NCBI RefSeq assembly: GCF_964213995.1
Contig: NC_135830.1
Span: forward strand, 17,112,001-17,176,000
Source: Mustelus asterias
Lineage: Eukaryota
Direction: 5' to 3'
Length of the DNA stretch: 64,000 bases
Of the stretch, positions 58,244 through 64,000 are shown piece by piece; positions within the stretch are counted from its first letter, which is position 1; every line of letters starts with the position of its first letter. Position numbers and translations under genes: made by a program. The notes beneath the pieces are model-generated. The model did no database searches. It saw nothing but the letters and a program-made list of their open reading frames with translations, and had not been told where the DNA came from.

Positions 58244-60481
58244 GGTGAATGGTAGGACCTTAGGGAGTATCGTGGAACACAGGGACCTTGGAGTTCAGGT
58301 GCATGGTTCTCTAAAGGTGGAGTTAGAACCATAGAAAATTACAGCTCAGAAACAGGCCTTTTGGCCCTTCTTGTCTGTGCCGAACCATTTTTTGCCTATT
58401 CCCACTGACCTGCACTTGGACCATATCCCTCCACACCCCTCTCATCCATGAACCCGTCCAAGTTTTTCTTAAATGTTAACCACTTTATCCGGCAGCTCAT
58501 TCCACACTCCCACCACTCTCTGCGTGAAGAAGCCCCCCCTAATATTCCCTTTAAACTTTTCTCCTTTCACCCTTAACCCATGCCCTCTGGTTTTTTTCTC
58601 CCCTAGCCTCAGCGGAAAAAGCCTGCTTGCATTCACTCTATCTATACCCATCAAAATCTTATACACCTCTATCAAATCTCCCCTCAATCTTCTACGCTCC
58701 AGGGAATAAAGTCCCAACCTATTCAATCTCTCTCTGTAACTCAGCTTCTCAAGTCCCGGCAACATCCTTGTGAACCTTCTCTGCACTCTTTCAACCTTAT
58801 TTACATCCTTCCTGTAACTAGGTGACCAAAACTGTACACAATACTCCAAATTCGGCCTCACCAATGCCTTATAACCTTACCATAACACTCCAACTTTTAT
58901 ATTCGATACTCCGATTTATAAAGGCCAATGTACCAAAGGCACTCTTTACGACCCTATCCACCTGTGACGTCACTTTTAGGGAATTCTGTACCTGTATTCC
59001 CAGATCCCTCTGTTCAACTGCACTCTTCAGAGTCCTACCATTTACCCTGTACGTTCTTCTTTGGTTTGTCCTTCCAAAGTGCAATATCTCACACTTGTCT
59101 GCGTTAAATTCCATTTGCCATTTTTCAGCCCATTTTTCTAGTTGGTCCAAATCCCTCTGCAAGCTTTGAAAACCTTCCTCACTGTCCACTACACCTCCAA
59201 TCTTTGTATCATCAGCAAACTTGCTGATCCAATTTACCACATTATCATCCAGATCATTGATATAGATGACAAACAACAATGGACCCAACACCGATCCCTG
59301 CGGCACACCACTAGTCACAGGCCTCCACTCAGAGAAGCAATCCTCCACAACCACTCTCTGGCTTCTTCCATTGAGCCAGTGTCTAATCCAATTTACTACC
59401 TCCCCATGTATACCTAGCGACTGAACCTTCCTAACTAACCTCCCATGAGGGACCTTGTCAAAGGCCTTGCTGAAATCCAGGTAGACAACATCCACCGCCT
59501 TCCCTTCATCCACTTTCCTGGTAACCTCCTCGAAAAACTCTAATAGATTGGTCAAACATGACCTACCACGCACAAAGCCATGTTGACTCTCCCTAATAAG
59601 TCCCTGTCTATCCAAATATTTGTAGATCCTATCCCTTATCACACCTTCCAAAACTTGCCCACCACCGACGTCAAACTTACTGGCCTATAATTTCCCAGAT
59701 TTCTTTGGAACCTTTTTTAAACAACGGAACAACATGAGGCACCCTCCAATCATCCGGCACCTCCCCCGTGAATACTGACATTTTAAATATGTCTGCCAGG
59801 GCCCCTGCAAGTTCAACACTTGTTACAGATAGATAGGGCAATGAAGAAGACCTTTGGCATGCTGGCCTTCATCAGTCAGGGCATTGAGTGTAGAAGTTGG
59901 GAAGTTGTGTTGCAATTGTACAGGACGTTGGTGAGGCCGCACCTGGAGTATTGTGTTCAGTTTTGGTCACTTTGCTATAGAAAAGATGTTATTAAACTGG
60001 AGAGAGTGCAGAAGAAGTTTATAAGGATGTTGCCAGGACTCGAGGGACTGAGTTATAGACAGAGATTGGACAGGCCTGGACTTTTTTTCTTTGGAACATA
60101 GCAGACTGAGGGATGATTTTATAGAGGTGCAGAGGATCATGAGGGGCATGGATAGGGTGAACGCACTCAGTCCTTTTCCCAGAGTTGGGGAATTGAGAAC
60201 TAGAGAGTTTAAGTTAAGAGGAGAAAGAATTAATGGGAACCTGAGGAGCAGCTTTTTTACACAGAGGGTGGTACGTATGTGGAATGAGCTGCTGGAGGGA
60301 GTGGTTGAGGCAGGGACATTGTCAACATTTAAAAGGTATTTGGACAGATATATGGATAGGAAAGGTTGAGAGGGATATGGGCCAAATGCAGGCAAATGGG
60401 GTTCGCTTACATGGGCTTTTTGGTCAGCACGGACCAGTTTGGGCCGAAGGGCCTGGCTCCGTGCTGTAGATTCTATGACTG
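58244..60481 (+). mobile_element. CR1 3' fragment (+), split by a younger CR1 (-)
   Basis: 58244-58324 joins 59822-60481 at ..AAGGTGGAGTT|ACAGATAGATAGGG. Confidence 0.8.
58325..59821 (-). mobile_element. CR1 LINE 3' fragment
   Basis: ORFs 58869-59651 (QHGFVRGRSCLTNL, FSKAFDKVPH, FADDTK) and 58469-58864. Confidence 0.9.
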
Positions 60482-60845
60482 TAGAGGGCATGCTGGGTAC
60501 AGCTCACAAGAAGTTGCCATCTTGGATCGGGTCTGCCGTGTCTTCGTACCCACTCCATGGATTTCCTTTTCCATGGGTAAGAAACTGCAGTGACATCCTC
60601 CCCTCCCAGTGGTGGCGCTGTGGAGTACTGGACCCAGGGCTCCGAGTGGGAGCGAAGGCAGTCACTGACCTTTCTCACCCTCTGGATTCCAGGGGTGAGA
60701 TCCTGGTCCCACGTGCGGAGATGGGGGGGGGGGGGGGGGGGAGATTGGGATGCGATGAGGGGAGTGCGGTAGTGGAAGAGGCCTCGCTGCCGTAGTGTGT
60801 CCCAACACCTCCCCCCTCCCCAACCACACTTGCTTTGTTGTGCAG

Positions 60846-60978
60846 GGGCCACTATATCTGCTCGGTGTACGCAGCCCGGATGATGGTGGAGGCGAAGCAG
60901 GGCCTGATTGTCATTGTGTCGTCCATGGGCGGCCTGCGCTACACCTTCAACGTGGCTTATGGAGTCGGCAAGGCAGCG
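60846..60978 (+). CDS. DHRS1: DHRS1 coding exon 4
   Basis: AG|GHYICSVYAARMMVEAKQGLIVIVSSMGGLRYTFNVAYGVGKAA|GTGAGT; contains the catalytic YxxxK (YGVGK); 133 nt. Confidence 0.92.
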
Positions 60979-61041
60979 GTGAGTGGCAGGGCAGTGCGGG
61001 TACACAGGCCGAAGGGCAAAGGTCACTCATTCACTTTGAGT

Positions 61042-61585
61042 NNNNNNNNNNNNNNNNNNNNNNNNNNNNNNNNNNNNNNNNNNNNNNNNNNNNNNNNNNN
61101 NNNNNNNNNNNNNNNNNNNNNNNNNNNNNNNNNNNNNNNNNNNNNNNNNNNNNNNNNNNNNNNNNNNNNNNNNNNNNNNNNNNNNNNNNNNNNNNNNNNN
61201 NNNNNNNNNNNNNNNNNNNNNNNNNNNNNNNNNNNNNNNNNNNNNNNNNNNNNNNNNNNNNNNNNNNNNNNNNNNNNNNNNNNNNNNNNNNNNNNNNNNN
61301 NNNNNNNNNNNNNNNNNNNNNNNNNNNNNNNNNNNNNNNNNNNNNNNNNNNNNNNNNNNNNNNNNNNNNNNNNNNNNNNNNNNNNNNNNNNNNNNNNNNN
61401 NNNNNNNNNNNNNNNNNNNNNNNNNNNNNNNNNNNNNNNNNNNNNNNNNNNNNNNNNNNNNNNNNNNNNNNNNNNNNNNNNNNNNNNNNNNNNNNNNNNN
61501 NNNNNNNNNNNNNNNNNNNNNNNNNNNNNNNNNNNNNNNNNNNNNNNNNNNNNNNNNNNNNNNNNNNNNNNNNNNNNNNNNNNNN
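61042..61585. other. Assembly gap (544 N)
   Basis: Run of N inside a DHRS1 intron. Confidence 0.99.
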
Positions 61586-61759
61586 CTCTGGCCTCTCTGG
61601 CTCGCTCTGGGGCTCTCGGGCTCGCTCTCGCTCTGGTTGGCTCTGTCTGCCTGCCCCCCCCCCCCACCCTGCCCCTAGCCCCTCCTCCTCTGCCCCTCCG
61701 CCCCCCCCCCCCCCCCCTCTCTCTCTCACAGTTCTCTCTCTCTCTCTCTCTCTCTGCAG

Positions 61760-61903
61760 TGTGATCGAATGGCAGCAGACTGTGCGTTGGAGTTGCGGAA
61801 ACTCGGAGTATCATACGTGTCCCTCTGGCCGGGAGCCGTGCGCACCGAGACCGTGACTGACTTGGTTATTAACACGGAGGACAAATCCAAAGGACAGCAA
61901 CGG
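61760..61903 (+). CDS. DHRS1: DHRS1 coding exon 5
   Basis: AG|CDRMAADCALELRKLGVSYVSLWPGAVRTETVTDLVINTEDKSKGQQR|GTGAGT, 144 nt. Confidence 0.9.
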
Positions 61904-61917
61904 GTGAGTGAGACAGC

Positions 61918-62148
61918 GAGGAGGCGGCCATTCAGCCCCTTCTCCAGCCTGTTACACAGGGAACAGGAGGAGGCCCCATTCAGCCCCTTCTCCAGCCTGT
62001 TACACAGGAACAGGAGGAGGCCATTCAGCCCCTTCTCCAGCCTGTTACACAGGGAACAGGAGGAGGCCATTCAGCCCCTTCTCCAGCCTGTTACACAGGA
62101 ACAGGAGGAGGCCATTCAGCCCCTTCTCCAGCCTGTGACACAGGAACA
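61918..62148 (+). repeat. ~44-bp tandem repeat, 5 copies
   Basis: Units of GGAGGAGGCCATTCAGCCCCTTCTCCAGCCTGTTACACAGG(G)AACA. Confidence 0.88.
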
Positions 62149-62289
62149 CAGAACGGGAAGAAGGAAATTGAGGGAAAGGACATTGGGAGAGTGTAACCTG
62201 AAGAGGGAATGGAGGGAGAGAGAGTGGGATGGGAAGGAGGGAGCCAGTGGGTGAGGGAGAGCGAGAGGGTGAACAGGTGGATGAGGGAG

Positions 62290-63717
62290 AGGGAGGTTCA
62301 AGTCCATAGCTTCCTGAAAGCGGCCACACCAGTCAATAGGGGGTAAAGAAGGCGTACGGCATGCTTGCCTTTATAGGTCGGGGCATTGAATACAAGAGTC
62401 AGGATGTCATGTTGCAGCTTTAAAAAACTTTGGTTCGGAACCACTTATAGGATATTGCGTTCAATTCTGGTCGCCACCTTACAGGAAGGATGCAGAGGAT
62501 TTGGAGAGGGTGCAGAAGAGGTTTAACATGACGCTGCCTGGATTAGAGGGTACGAGATATAAGGAGCGGCTGGACAAACTAAGAACTAATGTTTATTTAT
62601 TAGTGTCACAAGTAAGGCTTACATTAACAGCGCAATGAAGTTACTGTGAAAATCCCCCAGTCGCCACACTCCAGCGTCTGTTCGGGAACACTGAGGGAGA
62701 ATTTAGCACGGCCAATGCACCCTAACCAGCACATCTTTCAGACTGTGGGAGGAAACCGGAGCACCCGGAGGAAACACACGCAGACATGGGGAGGTGGGGG
62801 CGGCGAGAATGTGTAGGCTCCACACAGACAGTGACCCAAACCTGGGTCCCTGGCGCTGTGAGGCAGCAGTGTGAACCACTGTGCCCTCCCTAGGGTTGTG
62901 TGGGATTCTAGGGCTGGGTGGGATTGCTGTTGGTACAGCCTCGATGGGCTGAATGGCCTCCTTCTGTACTGTAGGGATTCTATGTTCATAAGAACTAGGA
63001 GCAGGAGTAGACCATCTGGCCCCTCGAGCCTGCTCCGCCATTCAATAAGATCAGGCTGATCTCTTCATGGACTCAGCTCCACTTATCCGCCTGCTCACCA
63101 TAACCCTTAATTCCTTTACTGTTCAAAGATTTATCTATCCTTGCCTTAAAAACATTCAATGAGGCCCCAACTGCTTCACTGGGCAGGGAATTCCACAGAT
63201 TCACAACCCTTTGTGTGAAGAAGTTCCTCCCCAACTCAGTCCCAAATCTGCTTCCCCTTATTTTGAGGCTGTGTCTCCTAGTTCTAGTTTCACCCACCAG
63301 TGGAAACAACTCGGATTGTTTTCTCTGGAGCGGCGGAAGCTGAGGGGAGACCTGATGGAAGTCTATAAAATAATGAGAGACATCGATAGGGTTGACAGTC
63401 AGAATGTTTTTCCCAGAGTTGAAATGTGTAATACTCGGGGACATGCACTTCAGGAGAGAGGGGGAAAGTTCAAAGGGGATGTGAGGGGCAAATATTTTTA
63501 AACAGAGAGTGGTCGGTGTCTGGAACGCGCTGCCAGGGATGGTGGTGGAGGCAGATACGATAGGGGCGTTTAAGGGGCTTTTAGATAAGCTCATGGATAT
63601 GTGAGGAATAGAGGGATATGGACCAAGGGCAGGCAGAAAGGAATAGTTTAATTTGGCATCATGTTCGACACAACATGGTGGGCTGAAGGGTCTGTTCCTG
63701 TGCTGCACTGTTCTATG
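62290..63717. mobile_element. Cluster of CR1 fragments and a Rex1-tailed SINE (62591-62884, -)
   Basis: CR1 C-terminal motifs on + (62290-62580, 63312-63717) and - (62990-63310). Confidence 0.72.
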
Positions 63718-63815
63718 AGAGAGAGGTGGGTGAGGGAGAGAAGGTCGGACAGAGTAACACCATTTAGTTGTGACAGCGGGGGAGTCCCTGAACTCTCCAT
63801 GTTGTCCGTTTGCAG

Positions 63816-63885
63816 GTGGCGGACATGTTCACCGCTGGTGAGACCCCGGAAATGAGCGGGAAATGTATCGTCGCCCTCGCTACAG
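63816..63885 (+). CDS. DHRS1: DHRS1 coding exon 6 (gene continues beyond the window)
   Basis: AG|VADMFTAGETPEMSGKCIVALAT(G)|GTGGGT, 70 nt. Confidence 0.88.
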
Positions 63886-64000
63886 GTGGGTAAACGCTTC
63901 TCCCCACCCCCCTCAGCACTCCACGGCGAACGGCCTTCTCCTTTCCTGACGGGACCCCCGCATCGATACTCTGGCCATGGGGGCGGGGAGGGGGGGGGTT

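Noticed and set aside
60795-61856. Long ORFs spanning X runs
   Set aside because: Artefacts of the N gap; the real coding parts are the DHRS1 exons.

Overview
Vertebrate genomic DNA, very likely a shark (inferred from HE1-like and SacSINE1-like SINEs, CR1/HER1, Rex1 and Penelope families). Bases 1-33 kb hold a cluster of eight C2H2 zinc-finger coding exons (intact, truncated or frameshifted; no effector domain visible) arranged head-to-head around repeated CpG-rich promoter cassettes. A full-length Tx1-clade non-LTR retrotransposon with both ORFs open (about 34.1-41.5 kb) sits in what looks like the first exon of one of these promoter cassettes, and its 5' end resembles its own target site. 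Bases 42-52 kb are nested LINE/SINE debris. Bases 53.4-63.9 kb hold six coding exons of DHRS1 (+), with a 544-N gap. Top leads: (1) a roughly 320-bp retroposon at 1997-2318 with two U2 snRNA-derived segments, five hairpins, an A tail and a 9-bp target-site duplication (TSD); (2) the Tx1 element with a ZNF-exon-like 5' end; (3) possible sharing of one promoter by several ZNF terminal exons; (4) two locally templated insertions; (5) minimal hammerhead ribozymes in Penelope inverted repeats. Family names come from recognising sequence by eye, and repeat boundaries are approximate.
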